Positions 21,838 through 32,017 are shown, counted from the first letter of the stretch. The stretch: 64,000 nt of DNA from Candidatus Krumholzibacteriia bacterium (GCA_963836185.1 CAWIIQ010000001.1:832001-896000); one strand, 5' to 3'. Notes: generated by a model not told the origin, from the sequence alone. Numbers and translations: made by a program.

Positions 21838-23031
21838 ATGAGAAGGCTGCATTTATGGAAGGATGATCTGGTCAGATCTGGCGACAGCGTGACCGTGGGT
21901 GTCACCATCGAGGATGACAGCGGGGTCAGGCGGAAGCTCTGGCATAGGATACCATCCCGTTTCGCGAAAAATCTTACGGAATCATACAACCCTTTCGTCG
22001 TGGGGACGATATTTGCCGCTATGAGGGAATCGAGTGATATCGTCGTTCATGGTGAGGTGTCAAGAAAGCTGCTCGAAAACCTCGAGGAATTCCAGGCAGT
22101 ATGGGCTCGCTGGCGCCCAGAAACATATACCAGGATCGAGATCACCGCGGATTCTGAATCCGACGATTTCGCTGGAAGGAAATCGGACAGCGCTATGGCG
22201 GCATTTTCTGCAGGAGTGGACAGTTCCTTCACGGTCTACAGCCATAATAAGGGGCTCTGCGGAAGGCTGAACAGGGACATAAGGACCGGGATGTTCATCC
22301 ATGGATTCAACATAGTGCTGGACAGGGAGGATATCTTCAAGAAGGCAGCCTACCATGCGGAGATGATGATGAACAGCCTGGGTATCGATCTGATGCTTGT
22401 CGCTACTAACTTCAGGGACCTGGGTGCCCATTTCGGGGACTCGCATGCCGCCGAGATAGCATCCTGCGTACTGATGTTCGAGAATTCCTACTCCACATGC
22501 CTTATAGCGAGCTCGAAACCGTATGAAGATCTTACTCTGCCATGGGGTTCCAATCCCATAACGGACAGGCTCCTTTCTACCGACAGGCTCGAGTTTGTTC
22601 ACGATGGAGCGACACATTCGAGATGCGAGAAGGTGGAGGTCCTCTCTGACTGGCAGGAAGCCAGGAAATATCTCAGGGTATGCTGGAAGCTCGATAACCT
22701 GGAAAAGAACTGTTGCGTATGTGAAAAATGCATCCGCACGATATTGAATTTTCGTGTCCTTGACAAGGGCCTGCCGGAATGTTTTGAGCATGACGTTTCA
22801 GACAGCAGGATAGCCGCGATGAAGGGACTCAATCCGTCATCCATCGATCTTTTTGAGGAGATACTCCAGGAGGCAGAGGAACGTTCAGTGACCGGATCGT
22901 GGGTGTCAGAGCTGCGCAAGAGCGTCAAAAGGAACAGAAGAGCCAGCACTGGATGGCAACAGAAGGTCCACGACATGAGAAACAGGTATGCCGTCGGAAC
23001 CCGCCTGAGAAGGAAGTTGTCCGGGAATTAG
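21838..23031 (+). CDS. Uncharacterised PP-loop (QueC-like adenine nucleotide alpha hydrolase) protein with a Cys cluster
   Basis: FSAGVDS, PWGSNP, LRVCW..NCCVCEKCIRT; start placed at the ATG after GAGGT. Confidence 0.65.
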   Translation: MRRLHLWKDDLVRSGDSVTVGVTIEDDSGVRRKLWHRIPSRFAKNLTESYNPFVVGTIFAAMRESSDIVVHGEVSRKLLENLEEFQAVWARWRPETYTRIEITADSESDDFAGRKSDSAMAAFSAGVDSSFTVYSHNKGLCGRLNRDIRTGMFIHGFNIVLDREDIFKKAAYHAEMMMNSLGIDLMLVATNFRDLGAHFGDSHAAEIASCVLMFENSYSTCLIASSKPYEDLTLPWGSNPITDRLLSTDRLEFVHDGATHSRCEKVEVLSDWQEARKYLRVCWKLDNLEKNCCVCEKCIRTILNFRVLDKGLPECFEHDVSDSRIAAMKGLNPSSIDLFEEILQEAEERSVTGSWVSELRKSVKRNRRASTGWQQKVHDMRNRYAVGTRLRRKLSGN

Positions 23032-23089
23032 CACAGAAACGAAAGAGCCTGTACCTTATCGGCTCCACCCTCACTTCGCTGTAACAGTT

Positions 23090-25684
23090 ATGAATGACAG
23101 GCAAAAAATCAGTGTATCAAGCAGATATAGAGACACTGTCCTTGCCGGGACACTGTTAGTGCTGCAAATGATCCTGATAAAATTCGCCGCTTCAGTTCCC
23201 TCGCATCATTTATTGTTCATTTTCTTCTTCATCAACATGATTCTCGTGCCGGGATATTTCCTCTCCAGATTCTTCTTTGCACGGATAGATCTTCCGGGGC
23301 GCTTATTGCTGGCATTCATCTTCGGGACCTCGATCATATTTTCCATTCTTATGATATTGGCGCTGTTTCGACTCGATCTTTTCTATCTCGGAATTGCCGT
23401 TCCGGCCATGTCGGTGATCCTATCCCTCGGCATGATTCGACGCGAGAATGACACTTCCGATGTGAATGTCGAGCGGCGATGGCCCTCTGCCGTTTCCAGG
23501 CGCGATCAGATCCTCCTCCTCCTTATTCTCCTGTCAGCAGGCATTCTGATAATAGCTAAAGGTGACCCGATGCTATACACGAGCGATTCGGCCGGACAGA
23601 TCTCGTATATCCGGACCGTTTCCAGAACTCACGAGGCCTTCCCGGAACAGAACCTGTACAGAGACGGAGGGATTCTGACAAGGGACATACGGAAGGGGCT
23701 CATGCATTCAGCGTGGGGAGCGATCGATCTCCTTACCGGCAGGATAGACGTATATGAGATCTGGCCGCTGATCTCCCTGATAAGTTCGGTATTTACGATC
23801 CTCGCCTTTTTCTGCATTGGATGGTTCATATTCAGGAGCCCGCCTGTAGGATTGATAGCAGCTTTGATCTTCGTTTTCATCTATGGTAACGGGCTAGCTT
23901 CTAACAAGCTCATTACAACGGCCTACTCTTTTCCGATAGGCAAGACTTTCTCGATGACTTTCCTGATCTCGATTCTGTGCTATCTGCGAAGTGACAGGAA
24001 AGAGTGGCTGGCCCTGATGGCCGCCGCCTCGTTCGCAGGCGCAGGAACACATATCGGGCATTTTTTTGTGTGTGCCTTTATCATCTTTTACGTGGTGGCG
24101 GGAAAGTATATCGAGGGCCCCTCTACAGAGAGAAAGAAGCTGATCACTCAGACGCTGCCGTTAGTGGCTGCGATAACAGCTGGTGTGAATTTTCCATATC
24201 TTCTGATGCGATATTTCCGCGACTACGCGCCGAACAATGACATCCACACTCATCTGCAGGGGATATTCAGGATCTCGGAAGATCTTTATACTCTCAATCC
24301 CGTTGTATATTTCAAGCAGACCGGGATCATAATATTTCTCGGGCTGCTGTCGATATTCATTCTATGGAAACCGTCTCGAAAGGACGGGGACCTCAGGATC
24401 CTGTTGTGGGGGAACATCGCCCTGTGGCTTCTGTTATTCAACCCGGTCTTGTTCCCGCCAATGCTCGAAGTAATTTCCTATCTCGTGATGAGACTAAGGG
24501 TTGCAGTGCCAGTATCCCTGCTGGTAGGGATGCTGGTCAAGGTTCTCTGGGACAGGATGAGAGGCAGGCGGGACTTGATTTCCGCGAAGGTCGCTGTTGT
24601 GGGCTGGGCGGTTCTGATCATCCTGACAGGGTATCAACTGTCAGTTGCCCGCCGATCTTTCGCCTATTCTCGAGATCCCGTCCGGGCGTCCAGTTTCAGC
24701 TGCCTCAACATCTCTGAGCTCTATGAACGGATAAACTCTGTGGTGCCGGCACAGAGTGTCGTAGTATCAGATCCGATAACGAGCTACTGCATACCCGCGT
24801 TCACTGATCAATATATCGTATGCACTAACAGCCAGCATTCGATCCCGAATGATTCGACCGCTCTTGAACGCATAGATGAGTGCCGGAAGATAATCTCTCC
24901 ACTTTCATCTCTGAGCGATATAGCCGGTGTTATTAAAAAATATGACGTTGGCTATATTGCTATAAACGGCAGGATCCCGTTGGCGACTGGAACGCTTTAC
25001 TGGAAACCGGACCGCTGGATGGCTGGTGAAGCGATAACGAGGTTTGAGGCGAATCCTATGTTCTTCGAGCTCTTATACAGGGAAGATGACATCGCTCTTT
25101 TCAGGATAACGGAGAGTTTTCTTGTTGAGGGTGTTAATGTTGAGGACGGGGATTCCGCCGAGAGATATGTGGGTGGATCGGTCCCGCCCGTCGAGCTGCC
25201 CGGGCTTTCGCCGTCAGGCTTTTCCGGTATATATATAAGATCGCTTAAAGCCGACAGGCAGTCAGTCTCTCGAGGGGAAAAGCTAGAACTGGAAATAGAG
25301 TGGGTGCTTGAGAGACAGTGCGAATACAGGAGTTATATCGTCCATATACGCTTCGATACGGATTATAACAAGGGTGCTCTGTACAATGATCATTACGGAA
25401 AGATCTACAGGAAGATCGTTGAAAAAAGAAATAACGGCAGGTTTCGTTTTCGCATCGACCATCTGCCCTTCAACGGGATATTCACCCCCGACATGTGGCC
25501 CCTGTTCAGAGTGATAAAAGACAAGGTCGTTGTGAATATTCCCTATGATATAGTTCCGGGAGAGTACATGATATCGGTCAGGATGTCTGAGAGCACTCAG
25601 TACCCGAATTACAGTCTCAAGGACCTTCTGTCAGACGACGACTCCTTTGACGGGCCAAATATGGCAAGGATTATTGTTGAATAA
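23090..25684 (+). CDS. Large polytopic membrane protein, GT-C-like
   Basis: More than 12 hydrophobic segments, Asp-containing loop (TSDSAGQ) after the early helices, soluble C-terminal domain. Confidence 0.65.
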   Translation: MNDRQKISVSSRYRDTVLAGTLLVLQMILIKFAASVPSHHLLFIFFFINMILVPGYFLSRFFFARIDLPGRLLLAFIFGTSIIFSILMILALFRLDLFYLGIAVPAMSVILSLGMIRRENDTSDVNVERRWPSAVSRRDQILLLLILLSAGILIIAKGDPMLYTSDSAGQISYIRTVSRTHEAFPEQNLYRDGGILTRDIRKGLMHSAWGAIDLLTGRIDVYEIWPLISLISSVFTILAFFCIGWFIFRSPPVGLIAALIFVFIYGNGLASNKLITTAYSFPIGKTFSMTFLISILCYLRSDRKEWLALMAAASFAGAGTHIGHFFVCAFIIFYVVAGKYIEGPSTERKKLITQTLPLVAAITAGVNFPYLLMRYFRDYAPNNDIHTHLQGIFRISEDLYTLNPVVYFKQTGIIIFLGLLSIFILWKPSRKDGDLRILLWGNIALWLLLFNPVLFPPMLEVISYLVMRLRVAVPVSLLVGMLVKVLWDRMRGRRDLISAKVAVVGWAVLIILTGYQLSVARRSFAYSRDPVRASSFSCLNISELYERINSVVPAQSVVVSDPITSYCIPAFTDQYIVCTNSQHSIPNDSTALERIDECRKIISPLSSLSDIAGVIKKYDVGYIAINGRIPLATGTLYWKPDRWMAGEAITRFEANPMFFELLYREDDIALFRITESFLVEGVNVEDGDSAERYVGGSVPPVELPGLSPSGFSGIYIRSLKADRQSVSRGEKLELEIEWVLERQCEYRSYIVHIRFDTDYNKGALYNDHYGKIYRKIVEKRNNGRFRFRIDHLPFNGIFTPDMWPLFRVIKDKVVVNIPYDIVPGEYMISVRMSESTQYPNYSLKDLLSDDDSFDGPNMARIIVE

Positions 25685-25694
25685 AAGGTGAATC

Positions 25695-26279
25695 ATGCGA
25701 AAGCCCACATCCTTTATCGATTGTTTTACTATCGACCTGGGTCAGTGGAGGGGCGATCTCAGGGCCAGGGATTATATACGTAATTATTTCTTCAACTCAG
25801 GGTACTACGCCGTTTTGTGTTACAGGCTGGCACGCTACTTCATGTTCAAGAAATTCACTCCGTTCGGCAAAGGGATTCCTTTCCTGTCTTCTCTGCTGGT
25901 TCGTCACGGTATATCAAGGTCTGGCTGCGAGATAAATTGCGGCGCGGAGATAGATGAAGGCCTGATAGTGGACCATAGCCCGGGGATCGTGATAGGAGCA
26001 GGAGTCAGGATCGGTAGAAAGGTCAAGATATTCAGCGGAGTGACGATCGGTGGAAAGAACCTGAAAAGAAACGAGCCCGATAAGAATGAAAGATATCCGA
26101 TTATTGGCGATGAAGTCGTTATTTTCACAGGAGCCAAGGTCTTGGGAGGCGTACAGGTCGGCGACCGGGCCATAATAGGCGCTAACGCAGTTGTGCTTGA
26201 GTCTGTTCCGGAAGGCGCGATTGCTGCTGGAATACCAGCGAAAGTCATTTCGCGGGGAGGCTCGTCATCTCATTCATAA
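25695..26279 (+). CDS. Serine O-acetyltransferase-like (CysE/WcaB family) acetyltransferase
   Basis: YRLAR, GCEI..GAEI..GL.VDH..GIVIG, YPIIGD, IGANAVV, AGIPAK. Confidence 0.88.
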   Translation: MRKPTSFIDCFTIDLGQWRGDLRARDYIRNYFFNSGYYAVLCYRLARYFMFKKFTPFGKGIPFLSSLLVRHGISRSGCEINCGAEIDEGLIVDHSPGIVIGAGVRIGRKVKIFSGVTIGGKNLKRNEPDKNERYPIIGDEVVIFTGAKVLGGVQVGDRAIIGANAVVLESVPEGAIAAGIPAKVISRGGSSSHS

Positions 26280-27601
26280 AGAAAGCTGCAGGGATATTAT
26301 TTTCAAATATCACTTCGATGATTATGAGTGTCGGCGCGGGAGTGATCATAGCCAGGGTGCTTGGCCCCGAGAAGAGAGGCTATTTCGGGCTTATCATAAT
26401 GGCATGTACCCTGCTTTTCACTTTGGGACACCTGGGAATCGGCTCTGCTATAGCGTATTACACAGGAAAACGGATATACGACCGAAAAAAGATCTTAAAA
26501 TTCCTCGTAGTTTCCTCTTTCGTGCTGGGATCGACAGTCTCGATCATATTCTACTTCACGTACGAGCACATCGGTAATATCTGGATCGATATTCCGCAGT
26601 CGCTGATGTTGATCGGGCTGGTTTCTGTCCCGTTCTACTTCCTGTACAGTTTTCTCGACAGATTCCTGCTGGCGGCACTCCGGATCAGGAAGTCGAATAT
26701 CGTGAGAGTCCTCAACAGTTTTTTCTATCTCATCATGCTTGTTGTCTTCGTCCTTATCCTTAAAGGCGGTTTAAAGGAAGCCGTGGCAGTCTACGCCGTT
26801 TCCTTCTTCTTATCGAGCACTCTCGCTTTTCTTTTGTTTACGAAAGAATTCAGGCCGATGGGAAAGCTTGATCTCTCCATGACAGGGCCTTTCCTCAACT
26901 ACGGGATCAGGGCCTATCTGATAATGATATTCAATTTCCTCAACTACAAGATCGGTGTGATCCAGGTCAAACATTATCTTACCGTAAGTGATGTAAGCTA
27001 TTTTCAGATCGCGGCCGGGATTGCGCAACGATTCTGGTATTTCCCGAACGCTATGAGTGTTCTGTTGTTCCCGACGCTTATGGCGATGGGAACGGGTTCA
27101 GCCCAGTTTTCGGCAAAGGTATGCAGGAATAACCTTTACATAATGCTGGCACTCGCCGTAGTCGCGATATTCATAACTCGTCCGGTAGTCATACTTCTAT
27201 ACGGAATAGAATATGAACCGGTCAGTTATGCCTTGTACGCTCTTCTCTGGGGGATAGTCATATTCCCATTCTATAAATTTATTATGGCATATTTCTTTTC
27301 TGAACGAAAACTGGGAGTCTGCATATTTGCTACTGTCATAGGTATTGGCGTAAACATTACTGCCAATATTATCCTGATTCCCAGGTACGGCGTAGTTGGA
27401 GCGGGCATGGCCTCAAGTATCTCGTATTCAGTGCTTGCGATAATACTTCTCCTGTTCTTCCGTTCTTCCACAGGCATAAAATTCAGGGATATACTCGTGC
27501 CTAACAGGGAAGATTTCAGGATGTATGCGAGGGTGATGAAAAACTCACATCTTAAACTGAAAAGCCTTTTTAGGAAGGATTCTTCACCAGAACCTAAATG
27601 A
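26267..27601 (+). CDS. Wzx-type oligosaccharide flippase
   Basis: IIARVLGPEKRG, ~12-14 TM, LIPRYGVVGAGMA. First ATG is 26318, but an in-frame ATC at 26267 has GGAGG just upstream. Confidence 0.85.
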   Translation: MSFIKKAAGILFSNITSMIMSVGAGVIIARVLGPEKRGYFGLIIMACTLLFTLGHLGIGSAIAYYTGKRIYDRKKILKFLVVSSFVLGSTVSIIFYFTYEHIGNIWIDIPQSLMLIGLVSVPFYFLYSFLDRFLLAALRIRKSNIVRVLNSFFYLIMLVVFVLILKGGLKEAVAVYAVSFFLSSTLAFLLFTKEFRPMGKLDLSMTGPFLNYGIRAYLIMIFNFLNYKIGVIQVKHYLTVSDVSYFQIAAGIAQRFWYFPNAMSVLLFPTLMAMGTGSAQFSAKVCRNNLYIMLALAVVAIFITRPVVILLYGIEYEPVSYALYALLWGIVIFPFYKFIMAYFFSERKLGVCIFATVIGIGVNITANIILIPRYGVVGAGMASSISYSVLAIILLLFFRSSTGIKFRDILVPNREDFRMYARVMKNSHLKLKSLFRKDSSPEPK

Positions 27602-28508
27602 GCGGGTCGAGTATCTCGTTCTCAAGCTCCAGGTAAACCCCGGACTTTTCAAAGACTCTTCTGCGCATCATCGCTATCAGCTCTACTATATCCGAGGATG
27701 TAGCGCCGCCGATGTTGATGATGAAGTTAGCGTGTCGAGTACTTACGGACGCTCCCCCCACGGTCAGGCCCTTGCATCCTGCTTCTTCGATGAGGCGGCC
27801 GGCGTAGTCACCGGGTGGTCTTTTAAAAACACTTCCGGCATTAGGTTCATCGAGCGGATACTTTTCCTGTCTTTCGGCGAATATTTTCTCGATGCCCTCC
27901 CGGATCGACGCCGGGCTGCCTTCCTGCAGCTTGAATATTGCCCTGAGTATGAGCCAGTCAGTCTTCTGAAATGCGCTGGTCCTGTAGCCGAACGAGAGCT
28001 CCTCGGCGGAAAAGGACCTCTTTGTGCCGTTTCCCGTTACGACTTCAACCTCTTCGAGCAGTGAACCGGTGTCGCCGTCTTTTGTGCCGGCATTCATGAA
28101 TATCGCGCCGCCAACTGTGCCCGGGATTCCGGCAATAGGTTCGAACCCGCGAAGGCCCTTCTCCGCTGCCGCCCTCGCGAGTTCGATCAGGGTGACGCCC
28201 GCGTCTGCGACGATCATATTATTGCCGGGAAAATCCAGCCTGGCCGACTGGTTCTGCAGTTTCAGTACTATTCCAGCGATACCGGCGTCAGGCGCGATCA
28301 CGTTCGAGCCTGCACCGAGGACCGTCAGGGGGATCGATTCTTTCTTCGCGTAACCGAATATCCATGCGGCTCCCTCGGAGGAATCAGGGCAGACCAGGCA
28401 TTCGGCTTTCCCGCCGACCTTGTAGGTAGTGTGACAGGACAGAGGTTCCCCCGCGAGTACTGCACCATCCATATTGTCGCTGATTATCCTGAGAGCTTCG
28501 TCTTTCAT
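27594..28508 (-). CDS. murB: UDP-N-acetylenolpyruvoylglucosamine reductase
   Basis: HTTYKVGG, LGAGSN, GIPGTVGGAIFMNAG, FGYRTS, PNAGSVFK, HANFIIN, LELE. Confidence 0.95.
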   Translation of the reverse strand: MKDEALRIISDNMDGAVLAGEPLSCHTTYKVGGKAECLVCPDSSEGAAWIFGYAKKESIPLTVLGAGSNVIAPDAGIAGIVLKLQNQSARLDFPGNNMIVADAGVTLIELARAAAEKGLRGFEPIAGIPGTVGGAIFMNAGTKDGDTGSLLEEVEVVTGNGTKRSFSAEELSFGYRTSAFQKTDWLILRAIFKLQEGSPASIREGIEKIFAERQEKYPLDEPNAGSVFKRPPGDYAGRLIEEAGCKGLTVGGASVSTRHANFIINIGGATSSDIVELIAMMRRRVFEKSGVYLELENEILDPLI

Positions 28509-29764
28509 CCCTTATCCTGGGTTCTTTCGATGTCCGCTCCGAGCGCACAGAGCTTATTCTCCAGATGCTCGTAGCCTCGGTCTATCTGGTATATGTTATC
28601 GATCGTCGTCTCGCCATCGCTTATCAGCCCGATGAGGACTTCGGCAGCTCCTCCTCTGAGGTCAGTCGCACGGACCGCTGCTCCAGTCAGCTCCTTGCCG
28701 CCTTTGACGACCGCGCAGTTGCCGTAATGGTGAATGTCGGCACCGAACGATTTCAGTTCCTTGACGTAGGCGAAACGGTCGGTGAACCGCTGGTCGGTGA
28801 TGGTAGACTCACCTGAAGCCTTAAGGGCCAGGGCCGCGAAAAGTGGTTGCATGTCGGAATTTACACCGGGGTATGGTGCGGTGAACATGTCGAATGGCTG
28901 GACGCCTTTCCTGCCGGAGATATAGACCGAACCGCCCCATTCGAAGATCTCTATCCCGCTTTCGCGAAGGTAGTTCGCGTCGACGCGTACGTGATCGAGG
29001 TTATAGTCCTTTATAACGACATCGCCCCCGGTCATCCCGGCGGCGATCATGTAGGTCATCGCCTCGTCCCCGCCCTTCATTATCCTGTGCTTTGTCCCGG
29101 TCAGGCTCTTGACGCCTTCGATCTCTATCAGTCGGCTCGATATCTTTATATCAGCCCCCATGCTGTTGAGAAAATTCGCGAAATCTTCTATCTCGGGACG
29201 TGTGTTGGCGTTTCTTATGACCGTCTTTCCTTCGGCAAGGCATGCGCCGATCATGATATTTTCCGTTCCTGATGTAGTCGGAAGGTAGAACTCTATATCG
29301 GCGCCCTTGAGTTTATCAACGCTTCCGAATATTCCCTTGTCGGTCACCTCCATCTCGGCTCCGAGGTCCTGGAGGCCCTTTATATGAAGGTCGAATTTTC
29401 TTGATCCGATATCGCAGCCTCCCGGGAAGGGAAGCTCCACCTTGCCGAACCTGTTGAGGAAGGCACCTAGAAGTAGGAGTGAATACCGGATCCGTGTAAC
29501 CAGGTCAAGTGGCAGGGCCGGGTCGTTGATACCGGAAGGATCGATGGTGACCGAATTACCTTTGACTTCGACTTTCGCTCCGATACTCCTGATGATTTCG
29601 ATAGCAACCTTGATGTCCTCCATCAGCACGGGAACGTTTTCGAGTTCAACGATGCCGCCACTGATGATGGAGCCAAAAAGGATCGGCAGGGAGGCGTTCT
29701 TGGCCCCACTGAGGTCGATTTCACCATTCAACCTGTTTCCGCCTGCTATCCTGAATAAAGCCAT
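28505..29764 (-). CDS. murA: UDP-N-acetylglucosamine 1-carboxyvinyltransferase
   Basis: SGAKNA, PGGCDIGSR (active-site Cys), PYPG..SDMQ, DLRGGA, IDRGYE. Confidence 0.95.
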   Translation of the reverse strand: MALFRIAGGNRLNGEIDLSGAKNASLPILFGSIISGGIVELENVPVLMEDIKVAIEIIRSIGAKVEVKGNSVTIDPSGINDPALPLDLVTRIRYSLLLLGAFLNRFGKVELPFPGGCDIGSRKFDLHIKGLQDLGAEMEVTDKGIFGSVDKLKGADIEFYLPTTSGTENIMIGACLAEGKTVIRNANTRPEIEDFANFLNSMGADIKISSRLIEIEGVKSLTGTKHRIMKGGDEAMTYMIAAGMTGGDVVIKDYNLDHVRVDANYLRESGIEIFEWGGSVYISGRKGVQPFDMFTAPYPGVNSDMQPLFAALALKASGESTITDQRFTDRFAYVKELKSFGADIHHYGNCAVVKGGKELTGAAVRATDLRGGAAEVLIGLISDGETTIDNIYQIDRGYEHLENKLCALGADIERTQDKG

Positions 29765-29980
29765 ATTATCTCTCCTGAAAATCAGATGATTTCGATGCGT
29801 TTTCAGCCATAAGTGCAAAAATCGTTCAAAAACGCCTGAAAAAAGTCATTTTAGTATAATGATCCTGATCCAGAGCCGTTTCAATGAGGTTAAAGTAATG
29901 GAACTTAAAATGCTACAACAGATTTTAATTGTAAGGATGGTTGCATTGATTTAGGTTTTTCGAAACCGACGGAGCCATAG

Positions 29981-32017
29981 ATGATCAGAAAAATACCTGT
30001 CCTGATAATTCTGCTTAGCGCTGTCTCGCTGATATTCAGTGTTCCTCAGCCGTTCAGGTTTATCTGTGGCTTTCTGCAGGTATTCGTGCTGCCGGGGCTG
30101 ATATTTTCATATCTGTTCCTCGGGACAGGTTTTTCAAGGACAGACAGGTCCTTCTTCTCGATCCTGATCTCACCTATCCTGATATCCCTGATGATCATCG
30201 CAGTGACTGTCCTGACCGGAGATATTTATAGCAGTGTCAAGGTCACACTTGCCATGCTTTACTTCTTCCTGGTCGCGATTATTGTTCTGAGGCGAAAGAG
30301 CAGGGCTGCTGACGATGACGCCGGCATGCCGTGGCAGGTTCTGGCTGTCGCGTTCATCTTTGCCGGTATTATCCTGTTCTCATATCTCTATAATTCATTC
30401 CTTCTGTTACGTTCCGATTCCTGGTATCACGCTTCTGTCATCAATGAGGTCGCCAAACGCGGGATACCCCCGATGGAGCCATGGCTCGCCGACTTTCCGA
30501 TCAAATACATGTGGCTCTACCATCTTTTTAACGCGGTTTGGATGAAACTCTCCGGCCTTCCACTTTTCTGGGCGATGGGTATCTTCAATGTGGTCACTGC
30601 TTTCGTGTTCCCGTACCTGATCGCGAGGTACATCTCATGCTTTACGGATAAAAAGTACCTCATAATCTCCGCATCGATCCTTGCTCTCGCCGGGCTGGAA
30701 TCTGTGTCGTGGATCATGGTTCCGGTCGGTCTGTTAAGAACTATGTTCGGAGAGGTAAGAGGCATGGTGGAGATCCAGAGGATGCTCTCCGCTATGGTAA
30801 TCAACGGGTCCCATGTCATTCACACGCTCACCCCTTATGGATCCTGGATGGTCAACCTGTACGACAAGTTTATTACGGTCACTGCCTTCAGCTACTCGTT
30901 GAACCTCTTCCTGGGCGCGCTGATTCTCGTTCTGAACAGGAGATTTCTGCTGGAATCTCGAGTGAGGGCCTCGATAGCGATCTTCACGCTTGTACTGGGA
31001 GCTATCCTTTTCCACGCGGTGACCGGAACAGCCCTGGTCATGACGATAATAGGAGCATGCATCCTTCTGGTCATTTTCGGCAGGTATCTGTTGAAGGATA
31101 CCCCGGGATTTGAAGTCAAATACATCCCGATGGCGGCAGCCTTTCTGGCAGCTGTCCTGAGCCTTCCTTATGTATTATCACTTGGAGGGGGAGCAGGAGG
31201 AGAGGGTAGCAATGTATTCTCGGAGCATCTGCACCTGGGTATAATGAGCATCATCACAATAGCGCTGCCTATGCTCGTTCTGTTCTTCCCGGCAAGGACC
31301 GCCTTGAGAAAACTGATCGGGAGGCGGGATTACCGAGCGGCAGTGCTGATCTGCTGGTCGGTGGCTCTTCTTATGATCGCGATAGTGATCAACCTTCCTA
31401 CGGTCAATGACTCCAAACTGATCTTCCCCCTGTTTTTGATAATCGGGCCTCCGATCTATATAGAGATCATTGAAAAGATCAGGGGGAGCTCAGGACTGAA
31501 GAAGGTGTTGATCGTCTTCTCCGTGATTATGTTGTTTTTTGTTCCTCCGGTGTTGACTTTCAGGGGATTCATCATACAAAGAGCCGATACGGATATCATG
31601 TTGAGGAGGGATGACATTACAGCGGACGACAAGCGTTTCTTCGAGTGGATAAGAAAGAACACTCCTGATGATGCGATCATCATCGAGAACAACAGCTATC
31701 ATCTCGTGCCTGTATTCGCGGACAGAAGAAATCTCTATTCGACACAGGGTGTGATAAGGGTGCTCGGATATGGCGGAGAGAAGATGGAGATGTACGGGAA
31801 GATCCAGGCCTCGCTGTTCGGAGAGGATGGATTCTCCGAAGAGACTATCCTCGAAATGGGGAGGATCGATTCGAAGCTCTATATCGCGCTGTGGCGGGTG
31901 GATCTCGAGGCCTGTCCCTGGCTTTCGGCCAGATTCTCGGAGGACTCGAAGTATTTCAAGCAGGTATTCGCCAGCGACAGGGTCTCGCTTTATACCCTGA
32001 GAGACGATCTGGACTGA
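29981..32017 (+). CDS. Polytopic membrane protein, GT-C-like
   Basis: Many TM segments, RSDSWYH, PPMEPWLA..KYMWLYH, WIRKNTPDDAII C-terminal domain. Confidence 0.65.
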   Translation: MIRKIPVLIILLSAVSLIFSVPQPFRFICGFLQVFVLPGLIFSYLFLGTGFSRTDRSFFSILISPILISLMIIAVTVLTGDIYSSVKVTLAMLYFFLVAIIVLRRKSRAADDDAGMPWQVLAVAFIFAGIILFSYLYNSFLLLRSDSWYHASVINEVAKRGIPPMEPWLADFPIKYMWLYHLFNAVWMKLSGLPLFWAMGIFNVVTAFVFPYLIARYISCFTDKKYLIISASILALAGLESVSWIMVPVGLLRTMFGEVRGMVEIQRMLSAMVINGSHVIHTLTPYGSWMVNLYDKFITVTAFSYSLNLFLGALILVLNRRFLLESRVRASIAIFTLVLGAILFHAVTGTALVMTIIGACILLVIFGRYLLKDTPGFEVKYIPMAAAFLAAVLSLPYVLSLGGGAGGEGSNVFSEHLHLGIMSIITIALPMLVLFFPARTALRKLIGRRDYRAAVLICWSVALLMIAIVINLPTVNDSKLIFPLFLIIGPPIYIEIIEKIRGSSGLKKVLIVFSVIMLFFVPPVLTFRGFIIQRADTDIMLRRDDITADDKRFFEWIRKNTPDDAIIIENNSYHLVPVFADRRNLYSTQGVIRVLGYGGEKMEMYGKIQASLFGEDGFSEETILEMGRIDSKLYIALWRVDLEACPWLSARFSEDSKYFKQVFASDRVSLYTLRDDLD

